43,988 bases of DNA, taken from NCBI GenBank assembly GCA_041583655.1, contig JBFHFJ010000001.1, positions 1-43,988 of the forward strand, read 5' to 3'. This DNA comes from Haliea sp. (GTDB taxonomy: Bacteria > Pseudomonadota > Gammaproteobacteria > Pseudomonadales > Halieaceae). The notes under the pieces are model-generated. The model saw only the letters and a program-made list of their open reading frames with translations. It did no database searches and had not been told where the DNA came from. Both the position numbers and the translations under genes were made by a program. Shown in pieces: positions 17,751 to 26,707 of the stretch (its first letter is position 1; each line of letters begins with the position of its first letter).

Positions 17751-18932
17751 ATGATGAGCGCTGACAACATATTCTTTTCTCCGCTGGTGGATACGTCTGA
17801 TCACCACGCGGCTCTCCGTGAAAGCGTAGGCAAGCTCGTGGGCGGTTTTGGCCGCCGTTACTATCAAGAGGTGGTGGCCGCGGGTACTCCACCGACCGAG
17901 CTGTGGAGCGCTTTGGCAGAGGCGGGCTTTCTCGGCGCGCACATTTCCGATACCTACGGCGGCAGCGGTGGCGGCCTGGCGGACCTCAACGTGATCATCG
18001 AGGAAACGGCAGCCCAGGGGTGCCCGTTGCTGTTCCTGGTGATCCAGTCCATCTGTGCGCCGATACTGGAGCGCTACGCGTCCCAGGAAATCAAGGACAA
18101 GTGGCTTCCGGCGCTGGCCTCTGGGACTAAAAAAATGGCGTTCGCCATTACCGAACCCAACGCCGGCTCCAATACCCACAAGGTGACTACCACAGCCCGG
18201 TCGACCGCCAGCGGCTTTACGCTTTCCGGCACCAAGTACTGGACATCCGGTGTCGACGAAGCCGAGGCCATGCTGGTGGTTGCCCGCAACGGTGACGCCG
18301 TGCAGTCGGAGCGCTCCTCGCTGTCCCTGTTCATCGTTCCGACCGATGCGCCCGGCATTACGTTGAACAAGATACCGGCGGCGCTGATGACGCCGGAAAA
18401 CCAGTTCATGGTGTTCTTTGACGACGTGCAGTTGCCGCGGGAAGCCCTGGTGGGCGAACCGGGGGCGGGTCTCAAGCAGGTATTCGTGGGCCTCAATCCC
18501 GAGCGTGTATCGGCGGCGGCGATCAACAACGGCATCGCTCGCTACGCGCTGAGCAAGGGCTCCCAGTACGCGAGAGAGCGCTCGGTGTGGAAGACGACCA
18601 TAGGCGCTCACCAGGGGGTCTCACACCCGCTGGCTGAATCCTACATTAACGTCCAGGCGGCACGCTTGCTGACCGCGCGAGCGGCACAGCTGTTCGACGC
18701 CGGTGAAGATGCCGCCGAGGCAGCCAACATGGCCAAGTTCTGCGCTGCCGAGGCTTCGCTCAAGGCGCTGGACCAGGCCATGCAGGTCCATGGGGGCAAT
18801 GGGCTATCCTATGAATACGGCCTTGCCGACCTGTGGTTTATCGCACGCCTGCACAAGACCGCGCCGGTCAGCCGGGAAATGATCCTGAACTATGTCGCCC
18901 AGCACAGTCTCGGTCTGGAAAAAAGCTACTGA
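17751..18932 (+). CDS. Acyl-CoA dehydrogenase
   Basis: FAITEPNAGSN, GTKYWTS, GLNPER, IGAHQGVSHPLA, AMQVHGGNG. Confidence 0.93.
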   Translation: MMSADNIFFSPLVDTSDHHAALRESVGKLVGGFGRRYYQEVVAAGTPPTELWSALAEAGFLGAHISDTYGGSGGGLADLNVIIEETAAQGCPLLFLVIQSICAPILERYASQEIKDKWLPALASGTKKMAFAITEPNAGSNTHKVTTTARSTASGFTLSGTKYWTSGVDEAEAMLVVARNGDAVQSERSSLSLFIVPTDAPGITLNKIPAALMTPENQFMVFFDDVQLPREALVGEPGAGLKQVFVGLNPERVSAAAINNGIARYALSKGSQYARERSVWKTTIGAHQGVSHPLAESYINVQAARLLTARAAQLFDAGEDAAEAANMAKFCAAEASLKALDQAMQVHGGNGLSYEYGLADLWFIARLHKTAPVSREMILNYVAQHSLGLEKSY

Positions 18933-18962
18933 TTGCAGGGCATCGCGGAGTACGAGGATGTC

Positions 18963-20483
18963 ATGAACGTGAATTTCGCCGACATACTGCGCGACCACGC
19001 CCGGCAGCGCGCAGGCGCGCCGTGTCTCAGTTTTGCCGATGACACCCTGAACTATGGACAGTTGCACCAGCGCAGCAGCCAGCTGGCCAACGCGTTGTTG
19101 CAGCGCGGACTGGTAGCCGGGGACAGGGTCGCAGTCATCGCGCGCAATGCGCCGGTGTTCTACGAACTCGCCTTTGCCTGCGCCAAAGCCGGCATGATCA
19201 TGCTGCCGGTAAACTGGCGCCTGTCTGCGCGGGAACTGGGCGAAATCCTTGAAGATGCTTCCCCCGGCCTGGTGCTTGCGGACGAGGAGTTCGCCGGCAA
19301 TCTGCCCAATACCGCCCCGGTGACCATACTGGACAAGCACTTCGGTGACTGGCTCACCCGGGCCTCGGACACCGATCCCGGCGCGCCCATTGAGGGCGAT
19401 GAACCGATGCTGTTGCTGTATACCTCTGGCACGACGGGTCGTGCAAAAGGCGTCATGATCTCGCACCGGAACATGAGCTTCACCAGCCGCATGGCGCGGG
19501 AGGTCTGGCGCTTCCGGCCTGCCAGCGTCAACCTTGTTGCCGGGCCCCTGTTTCACATAGGCGGCATTGGCTACGGCATGATGTCGCTAACCCAGGGCGG
19601 ACACACGGTGCTGCTGCAGCAGCCCGCCCCTAATCCGGTGCTGCATGCGATTGTCCGGTATGGCGTCACGCACGCCTTTTTTGTACCCGCGGTTATCCAG
19701 AGTCTGGTTGAGGCCGAGGGCGTAGACGAAATGGATCTTTCCACGCTGGAGCTCATCGCCTACGGCGCTTCCCCGATCAGCGAAACGCTGCTGCTGCGTG
19801 CAATGACTGTGTTCGGGTGCGGATTCAGCCATGCCTACGGTCTGACCGAAACCTCTGGCACGGTGATAAGCCTGCCTCCGGAGGCGCATGACCCTGGCGG
19901 CGTACATGCGGAGCGATTGCGTTCCTGTGGGCTCCCCGTGCCCTGGGCGGAGGTTGACCTTTTTGACCCGCAGACGGATCTGCCAGTGGGCGAGGGCGAG
20001 GTAGGAGAGATACGCGTCCGCTCCGGAATGAACATGGTTGGTTACTGGAACAAGCCGCAGGAGACACGCGCTACCTTCGCCGAAGGCGGCTGGCTGCGAA
20101 CGGGAGATGCGGCGTGGCGGGACGCCGATGGATACTTTTACATCCACGACCGTTTCAAGGACATGATCGTCTCCGGTGGTGAAAATATTTACCCGACCGA
20201 AGTGGAGAATGTGCTCTACCAGCATCCGGATGTCGCGGAGGCTGCGGTCATCGGGGTTCCCCACGAGCGCTGGGGAGAGACCCCGAAAGCGATCGTGGTG
20301 CTGCGTACCGGCAGTCTGGTGGTGGAGCAGGACCTGATTGGCTTCCTGCGCCAGCGACTGGCGCACTACAAGTGTCCCACATCGGTAGAGTTTGTACAGT
20401 CGATGCCGCGCAGTGCCTCCGGCAAGATACTGAAGCGGGAACTGCGCCTGATGGCCTGGCCCGAGAAGAGGAGGGCTCAATGA
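18963..20483 (+). CDS. Acyl-CoA synthetase (long-chain fatty acid-CoA ligase family)
   Basis: YTSGTTGRAKG, YGLTE, GWLRTGD, DRFKDMIVSGGENIYP, SGKILK. Confidence 0.93.
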   Translation: MNVNFADILRDHARQRAGAPCLSFADDTLNYGQLHQRSSQLANALLQRGLVAGDRVAVIARNAPVFYELAFACAKAGMIMLPVNWRLSARELGEILEDASPGLVLADEEFAGNLPNTAPVTILDKHFGDWLTRASDTDPGAPIEGDEPMLLLYTSGTTGRAKGVMISHRNMSFTSRMAREVWRFRPASVNLVAGPLFHIGGIGYGMMSLTQGGHTVLLQQPAPNPVLHAIVRYGVTHAFFVPAVIQSLVEAEGVDEMDLSTLELIAYGASPISETLLLRAMTVFGCGFSHAYGLTETSGTVISLPPEAHDPGGVHAERLRSCGLPVPWAEVDLFDPQTDLPVGEGEVGEIRVRSGMNMVGYWNKPQETRATFAEGGWLRTGDAAWRDADGYFYIHDRFKDMIVSGGENIYPTEVENVLYQHPDVAEAAVIGVPHERWGETPKAIVVLRTGSLVVEQDLIGFLRQRLAHYKCPTSVEFVQSMPRSASGKILKRELRLMAWPEKRRAQ

Positions 20484-21325
20484 TGACCTCGCCGGACAAA
20501 AAGGCAGATAGCCTGCCGGAAATCCATCCTCTGGCCGCTCTGCTGCGTGGCTTTGCCGTGGACTTCATCACCGGGCATGACATAAGCGTGGCGGAGCGGA
20601 TCATGGCGCCCGGCTATTGCCTGAGTATTGGTGGTCATCTCCTGAACGGTCGTGACGCAGAATACCTGCCCCCGACTGCGGCCCAGATTCACCAGTTTCC
20701 GGGACTTTGTGTGACGGTGCACGATGTCATCTACGGCGACAATGCGCTGGCCATGAAGTTTACCGAGCACGGCGCATCCTCCAGGGACGGTGGGCGCGCT
20801 GCCACCTGGCGCGGAATTACGCTGTTTCGCACCGACGGTAAACAACTGCGGCAGGGCTGGGCCGAGGAAGACTATTTCGCGCGCAAGCGCCAGTTGTCGT
20901 CCGGTAGCTGTGATGCGGTGGATCCGCCCCATCCGGCTCCGTGGGATGTGCTGCACGCCCCATCGAACCCGGAAACCGAATCGGTTGCGCGACGCTGGTT
21001 GTCGTCCGTGGGGGCAGTAACGCAGCCCGCGGGTACGGACTGGTTGTCGCAAGTAGACGATTCAGACCCCCAGCCTGCGGCGCTGTTTGACATCCACGCC
21101 ACGACCATAGATGAACTGTTTTCAGCCGGTGATCGGGCGGCCTTCCACCTGCAGCATGAGGCTGTCTACAAGGGTGGCTTTCCCGACCTGGATCCGGGCC
21201 TTGCCGGCAAGCCGGTTATTGTCCGCGCTGCCGGCATGCTGACCGTCCGGTCTGGCGTGGTGGTGGACGCCAGCGTTACCACGGATAGGCTCGGTCTGTA
21301 TCGAGCACTCAGGTTTGGCCAGTGA
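20480..21325 (+). CDS. Tandem SnoaL/NTF2-like (ester cyclase-like) domain protein
   Basis: FPGLCVTVHDVIYGDNALAMKFTEHG...WRGITLFR and a second IDELFSAGDRAAFH...VRAAGML repeat; ATGA overlap with the ligase stop. Confidence 0.72.
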   Translation: MMTSPDKKADSLPEIHPLAALLRGFAVDFITGHDISVAERIMAPGYCLSIGGHLLNGRDAEYLPPTAAQIHQFPGLCVTVHDVIYGDNALAMKFTEHGASSRDGGRAATWRGITLFRTDGKQLRQGWAEEDYFARKRQLSSGSCDAVDPPHPAPWDVLHAPSNPETESVARRWLSSVGAVTQPAGTDWLSQVDDSDPQPAALFDIHATTIDELFSAGDRAAFHLQHEAVYKGGFPDLDPGLAGKPVIVRAAGMLTVRSGVVVDASVTTDRLGLYRALRFGQ

Positions 21326-21377
21326 ATGCTGGGTAATTCCAGCCTCTTAGAACGTACGCTTGCTCAGGTAAACGGCG

Positions 21378-22652
21378 ATGAAAATAAACGATAAAGCAAG
21401 TCCGCGCATTTTTTATGGCTGGTGGCTGATGCTGGTCTGCCTGCTGATCCAGGCCGTGGGCTTCGGAACCTCTTTGTACCTCTACAGCGTGATGATTGGC
21501 GCGATCGGAGCCGAGTTCGAGGGCAGCCGGTTTGTGATGATGATGGGCGTGTCCGGCATGCTGCTCCTGGTTGGCCTCATGTCTCCCAAGATCGGTTCAC
21601 TGCTTGACCGCTATCCGGTCAAGCGGGTTTTGATCTCCGGCGGAATCGTGATGGGCTCCGGATTCATACTGATGTCTTTCTCGGGCAATATCTACCACGT
21701 GGTGTTCTACTATGCCCTGTTTATCGCGCTGGGCATGACCATTCTCAGCCCCTTGTCCTGCTCACTGTTGCTGACGCGCTGGTTTGTGCGTCACCGCGGA
21801 CTGGCACTGGGAATCTCTGCATTGGGCACCCAGTTTGGAGGCCTGGTCTTTCCACCTGTGATTGCGGCGATTGCTGCCGCCCATGACTGGCGGGTGGCGG
21901 CTACCTGCCTGGGCCTGTTCATTATCGCTTTCGTGCCCGCGCTGGCCTGGTTCTTCGTTCACGATCATCCGCGGGACAAGGGCCTGTATCCTGACGGTGC
22001 GGAGAGTGACGCTAATGCGTCCACGACAAATTCCGAACCCGCCGTCACGCCCAATTTTTCCATGCGGGCGATCTATACCAGCCCCAATTTCATCATTGTG
22101 GTGGCCATCGTTACATTTATGTCGATGATCTATTCGGGCTTGCTGTCGAACATTTCGCTGATCGCGGTCGACAAGGGTGAAACCCTGCAGCGAGGCGCAT
22201 TCCTGGTATCCCTGATGTCGCTGGTCGGGATGATATCCAGTCCCCTGCTGGGAAGGCTCAGCGACATACTCAGCGTACGCAAGACGCTTGTGGTGATGAG
22301 CGCGAGTGCGCTGCTCGCGCTGGTGCTTTTCCACCAGGCACAGGGTTACGCTGTGCTGGTCGCGGCGGTGGTTTGTTTCGGCTTCTTCGGTGGCGCGGTA
22401 GTGCCGGTGTGGTCGGCAGCCCTTAGTCGCCTTTACGACAGTCGAATTTACGGTCGCGTCTTGGGTGCATCCAGCGCCGTGGTTTACTCGCTTGCTGCCC
22501 TGTCTGCACCCACCATTGGCTTGCTGTATGACCTCACCCAGAGTTATCAGATTACTTTTGTCATCCTCGCCAGTGTTGCGGTTCTGCTGATGTTCGCCAT
22601 TGCAAAAATCACGCCCCAGCAGCATCTGATGGCTGAAGAGACCAGGAACTGA
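21378..22652 (+). CDS. MFS transporter (OFA/MCT-like)
   Basis: FYGW start, GSLLDRYPVK and GRLSD motif A copies, RWFVRHRGLALGI, about 12 TM. Confidence 0.9.
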   Translation: MKINDKASPRIFYGWWLMLVCLLIQAVGFGTSLYLYSVMIGAIGAEFEGSRFVMMMGVSGMLLLVGLMSPKIGSLLDRYPVKRVLISGGIVMGSGFILMSFSGNIYHVVFYYALFIALGMTILSPLSCSLLLTRWFVRHRGLALGISALGTQFGGLVFPPVIAAIAAAHDWRVAATCLGLFIIAFVPALAWFFVHDHPRDKGLYPDGAESDANASTTNSEPAVTPNFSMRAIYTSPNFIIVVAIVTFMSMIYSGLLSNISLIAVDKGETLQRGAFLVSLMSLVGMISSPLLGRLSDILSVRKTLVVMSASALLALVLFHQAQGYAVLVAAVVCFGFFGGAVVPVWSAALSRLYDSRIYGRVLGASSAVVYSLAALSAPTIGLLYDLTQSYQITFVILASVAVLLMFAIAKITPQQHLMAEETRN

Positions 22653-22714
22653 TTCGCATAAGAAAGCAGTTTTAAAGACTGATTTCGTAGAATTCTGAAA
22701 TATTCGCCCCTCAA

Positions 22715-22769
22715 TCAATACATGTGTTGACAAAATAGAATGGCGGCGTAATATCAACTGTAGTGTTGA
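22715..22769 (+). promoter_or_regulatory. Sigma70-type promoter with tandem operators (copies 4 and 5) upstream of TonB receptor 1
   Basis: TCAATACATGTGTTGA (22715-22730) overlaps TTGACA; 16-bp spacer; TAATAT; then TCAACTGTAGTGTTGA (22754-22769). Confidence 0.8.
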
Positions 22770-22861
22770 TAGAAATAAGGGCTGCATCTGTCGTTCCCTG
22801 GCCTGGATAAGCCAGTCGGGTTCGTAAGTTTAAGCATTCATTACTATAAGAGGTTGAGAAA

Positions 22862-25213
22862 ATGGCCAGATATCTTACCGGCGTAGCGTCCGCCCTTGCG
22901 ATGGTGACGGCAGTACAATCCTCAGCAGCTCTCGCCCAGAGCTCCCAGCCACGCTCGGGAGCGATGCTCGAGGAAATCCTCGTGACCGCTCAGCGGCGCG
23001 CCGAAACCATGGAGCGCACGCCGATCTCGATCGCGGTGCTCAGCAGTGATGCGCTGCGGGATCAGGCAATCGTTTCCGAGCTGGATCTGCAGACAGCGCT
23101 GCCGGGCGTTACGGTCAAGGCGGGCCAGAGCGCCAACCAGCTCAACTACTCGATCCGCGGTCAGACCGTTGACTCCTTCAGCAGCTCGCGCCCCAGCGTG
23201 CTGCCCTACTTCAACGAGGTGCAAGTCGGTGGCCAGGCCTCGACCGCCTTCTACGACCTGGGTTCGGTCCAGGTGCTGAAGGGGCCGCAGGGTACTCTGT
23301 TCGGGCGCAACTCGACTGGCGGCGCGGTGTTGTTCACCAGCGCCAAGCCGGAAGAGGAGTTCGGTGGCTATGTCAGCGCCTGGGGTGGCAACTACGATGA
23401 GTTCAAGGCCGAGGGCGCAATAAACATTCCGCTGGTGGAGGACAAGGCGCTGCTGCGGGTGGCGGGCTTTTTTCAGCGCCGCGAAGGTTACCAGTACAAC
23501 ATATTCGATGACAGCCGCCTCGGTGATGTGCGCCGCAAGAATGTGCGGGTCAGCCTCACCCTGCGTCCTACCGAAAACATCAGCAACGAACTGGTGCTGG
23601 ATTTCGCCAAGTCCGACGGCAACAACCTGACCAGCGTCGCCTACAATACCTTTGGTATCGGCGAGGGCAATCCATTCGTGCCCACCCCGTTCCTGTACTC
23701 GCCCCTGGTGGATGCCGCCTTTGGACCTGGTGCCTGGGATGCCTTTCTCGCGGCACACCCGGGTGCCGATCCGGAGGGCTGGGTAGCCTCTGTCGAGAAG
23801 CAGCAGCAGCGCGGACCCTTCAGGGTCAACGTGGATGCACCCAACTTCCACGAAGGTCAAAACCTGGTGGTTTCCAACATCACCACATTCGATCTCGGCA
23901 ACGGTATGCAGGTCCGCAACATTCTTGGTTATACCGACCTGGAGTTCCAGAATGCAGGCGAGTTTGACGGCACGCCCTTCCCGTCCGACGACAACGGCAC
24001 GGAGGGTCGAGGCGGCACACTGAAGCAGTTCTCCGAGGAAATACAGCTGCTGGGCGAGGCCTTCGACGGACAGCTTTCCTATGTCACGGGTATTTTCTAC
24101 TCCGACGAAGAAGAGGATGTGCGTTCGCTGAGCGTGCTGTTCGACCTGCTGCCCACGGCTCCGCCAGTGCGGCAAATCAATGACGGTGTGACCGAGAACG
24201 AGACGATTGCGGCCTACGCCCAGGGCACCATGGACCTGGGCGGTGTGGTCGGCATCGAGGGCCTGTCAGCTACTCTTGGCGGCCGCTACTCCTCGGAGGA
24301 TGTCAGCTTCTTCCGCTTCCCCGACGACACCTTCATTGCCAACCCGCCGCCTCCCGGTGCGGTGTTCCTGAACCCGCTGGAGGACACCTTCGACCAGGCC
24401 AGCTGGACAGTCGGTCTTGAGCAGCAGGTAAACGAGGAATTGCTGCTCTACGTCAAGTCGCGGCGAAGCTTCCGCAGCGGTGGTTTCAACTACTTTGCCC
24501 CGCCGCTGCCTGGCTTCGGCAACCAGGGCGGTGCGGAATACGAGGAAGAGACTGCCACTGACGTCGAGCTGGGCGCCAAGTATCTTGGCAGTATCGGCGA
24601 CATGCCGCTGCGCTTGAACTTCGCGGCCTATCGTATGTGGATCGAGGAAATCCAGCGCTCCAACTACGTGGAAGTGTTTGGCGCCCTGGCGGGCATCACG
24701 GTGAATGTCCCGGAGGCGGAAATCTCCGGCTTCGAACTGGACGCGATCATCAGCCCCGTCGAGTGGCTGTCGCTGGGTGCCGCGGTGAGCTATACCGACG
24801 CTGAATTTACCGACAACCTGGTGTCTGTGCTGGGCAATCCGGAGGTGGCCTTCGGCCCCTATCCGGACACCCCGGAATGGTCTGGTTCCGTCTTCGCCGA
24901 CATTCGAGTGCCGGTGGGCGACCGTTACACCGCCTCGCTGCGCTCGGAGGTATACGACCAGAGTGAGACCTTCTTCAGCTCTACCAACAATACCCTCAAT
25001 CCGGGTACTCGCATCCCCGGCTACACGGTGGCGAACTTCAGGTTGACTCTGGAGGATGAGTCGGCGGGCTGGGCGGTGTCTGCCCACGTCAAGAATGCCT
25101 TTGACGAAACCTACTACGTTGGCGGTATCGGTTTCGCCAGCCTGTTCGCGGTCAATACGGTGATCCCGGGAGCCCCGCGTACCTACATGCTTGAAGCCCG
25201 GTACAGCTTCTGA
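22862..25213 (+). CDS. TonB-dependent outer-membrane receptor 1
   Basis: Signal peptide, TonB box LEEILVTAQRR, plug motif VLKGPQGTLFGRNSTGGAV, C-terminal PRTYMLEARYSF. Confidence 0.95.
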   Translation: MARYLTGVASALAMVTAVQSSAALAQSSQPRSGAMLEEILVTAQRRAETMERTPISIAVLSSDALRDQAIVSELDLQTALPGVTVKAGQSANQLNYSIRGQTVDSFSSSRPSVLPYFNEVQVGGQASTAFYDLGSVQVLKGPQGTLFGRNSTGGAVLFTSAKPEEEFGGYVSAWGGNYDEFKAEGAINIPLVEDKALLRVAGFFQRREGYQYNIFDDSRLGDVRRKNVRVSLTLRPTENISNELVLDFAKSDGNNLTSVAYNTFGIGEGNPFVPTPFLYSPLVDAAFGPGAWDAFLAAHPGADPEGWVASVEKQQQRGPFRVNVDAPNFHEGQNLVVSNITTFDLGNGMQVRNILGYTDLEFQNAGEFDGTPFPSDDNGTEGRGGTLKQFSEEIQLLGEAFDGQLSYVTGIFYSDEEEDVRSLSVLFDLLPTAPPVRQINDGVTENETIAAYAQGTMDLGGVVGIEGLSATLGGRYSSEDVSFFRFPDDTFIANPPPPGAVFLNPLEDTFDQASWTVGLEQQVNEELLLYVKSRRSFRSGGFNYFAPPLPGFGNQGGAEYEEETATDVELGAKYLGSIGDMPLRLNFAAYRMWIEEIQRSNYVEVFGALAGITVNVPEAEISGFELDAIISPVEWLSLGAAVSYTDAEFTDNLVSVLGNPEVAFGPYPDTPEWSGSVFADIRVPVGDRYTASLRSEVYDQSETFFSSTNNTLNPGTRIPGYTVANFRLTLEDESAGWAVSAHVKNAFDETYYVGGIGFASLFAVNTVIPGAPRTYMLEARYSF

Positions 25214-25905
25214 TGGCGCGCGAAGGCGGTGCGGTGAAGCTCATCAACAACGGACCCAGCCCCTATGGGCGGAAAGTGATGATTGCCCTGCGCGAGAAGA
25301 ATATCCCGTTCGAGATTGAATGGGATATTCCCTGGCACAAGGACACCATGGTCCATCACTACAATCCCCTGCAGCAGCTGCCGATTCTGTTGGGGGAAAA
25401 CGGGGAAGTGGTCTACGAATCTTCGTATATCCTCGCCTGGCTGGAGCGGCACTATCCGCTGCCGCCGCTCGCACCCTCGGATCCCGATGGATTGCTGCAG
25501 CTGCGCCTGTTCCAGGTCCTCAGTGTCGGCATCATGGATGCGATTACCCGGATCAACTTCGAGATGGCGCGCTCACAGGAGAACCAGAGCAGGGAGTGGA
25601 TGAACCGGCAGGAGCGCAAGATCGTCGGCGCTGTGGCGGAAATTGGCCGGCTCCTTGGCAACAATGAGTTCGCCCTCGGCGCGGAATTTGGCCATGCTGA
25701 TCTGGAGGTTGGTACCGTGCTCGGCCACTTCGATTTCATGGCGAGAAACATTCCCGCCCTGAACGAACTGCTCGACAAGAGGGTGCGCTGGCGACAGCAG
25801 CACCCAAACCTTGCAGCCTATATTGACCGCCTTGAACAGCGACCCTCGTTCCTGGCATCAGCGCCCCACATGGTAAAAATGGACTTCCAGGCAGTCGTTG
25901 CCTGA
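25213..25905 (+). CDS. Glutathione S-transferase family protein
   Basis: SPYGRKV, NPLQQLPIL, YESSYILAWLE, N-capping FGHADL, RPSF. Alternative GTG start at 25234. Confidence 0.88.
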   Translation: MAREGGAVKLINNGPSPYGRKVMIALREKNIPFEIEWDIPWHKDTMVHHYNPLQQLPILLGENGEVVYESSYILAWLERHYPLPPLAPSDPDGLLQLRLFQVLSVGIMDAITRINFEMARSQENQSREWMNRQERKIVGAVAEIGRLLGNNEFALGAEFGHADLEVGTVLGHFDFMARNIPALNELLDKRVRWRQQHPNLAAYIDRLEQRPSFLASAPHMVKMDFQAVVA

Positions 25906-25939
25906 GAGTCGGATCCAGGGTAACTGAGGGAGAATAATA

Positions 25940-26707
25940 ATGCGCATGCCTTCCTTTCGGCTCGACGGCAAGGTTGTCATTGTCACTGGCGCCGCCAGTG
26001 GTATTGGCGCAGGGATCGCCCGCGGACTGGCCCATTTCGGTGCGGCGGTGGGCTGCATGGACGTCGCCGCTGACGGGCTCGCGCAAACGGTAGCGGACAT
26101 TGAGGACAGCGGCGGCCGCGCAGTGGCGATCAGCGCCGACGTGCGCGAAGAGGGTTCGCTGACGGCCGCGGTGGAGCGGATCGAGAAGGAGCTGGGTCCG
26201 CTTGCCGGGGCCCTGAACTGCGCTGGCGTCCACGACAGCATCGCCGCTGAATCCATGACCTTGCAGCAGTGGCAGCGTGTAGTGGATGTCAACCTGTCAG
26301 GCATTTTCCTCAGCTGTCAGGCTGAAGGCCGGGCACTGATCCGCAATGGTGGCGGCAGCATCGTCAACATCGGCTCCATTTCGGCGCACATCGCCAACCG
26401 CGGCCTGAAGCAGGTGCATTACAACGCGGCCAAGGCCGGGGTTGCCCATTTTTCCAGATCCCTTGCGCTGGAATGGGCGGAGCATGGCATTCGGGTCAAT
26501 GTAGTCAGCCCCGGCTATACCGCGACGCCGATGGCCAAGAGCCCGGAGGTGTGGCCGCTGGTCGAGCACCTGTTGGATGACATACCGCTGGCGCGCATGG
26601 CGGAAGTTGAGGAACTGATCGGCCCCGCAGTATTTTTGCTGAGTGAAGCCAGTTCCTACTGCACCGGGGTGGACCTGCTGGTGGATGGGGGTGCGGTATG
26701 TTGGTAA
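25940..26707 (+). CDS. Short-chain dehydrogenase/reductase
   Basis: TGAASGIG, YNAAK, IRVNVVSPG, VDGG. Confidence 0.93.
   Translation: MRMPSFRLDGKVVIVTGAASGIGAGIARGLAHFGAAVGCMDVAADGLAQTVADIEDSGGRAVAISADVREEGSLTAAVERIEKELGPLAGALNCAGVHDSIAAESMTLQQWQRVVDVNLSGIFLSCQAEGRALIRNGGGSIVNIGSISAHIANRGLKQVHYNAAKAGVAHFSRSLALEWAEHGIRVNVVSPGYTATPMAKSPEVWPLVEHLLDDIPLARMAEVEELIGPAVFLLSEASSYCTGVDLLVDGGAVCW

Noticed and set aside
22660-22860. Fur box upstream of the TonB receptors (iron uptake interpretation)
   Set aside because: No convincing GATAATGATAATCATTATC-like site here or at 31.6-31.9 kb; the island palindrome and catabolic context explain the region better.
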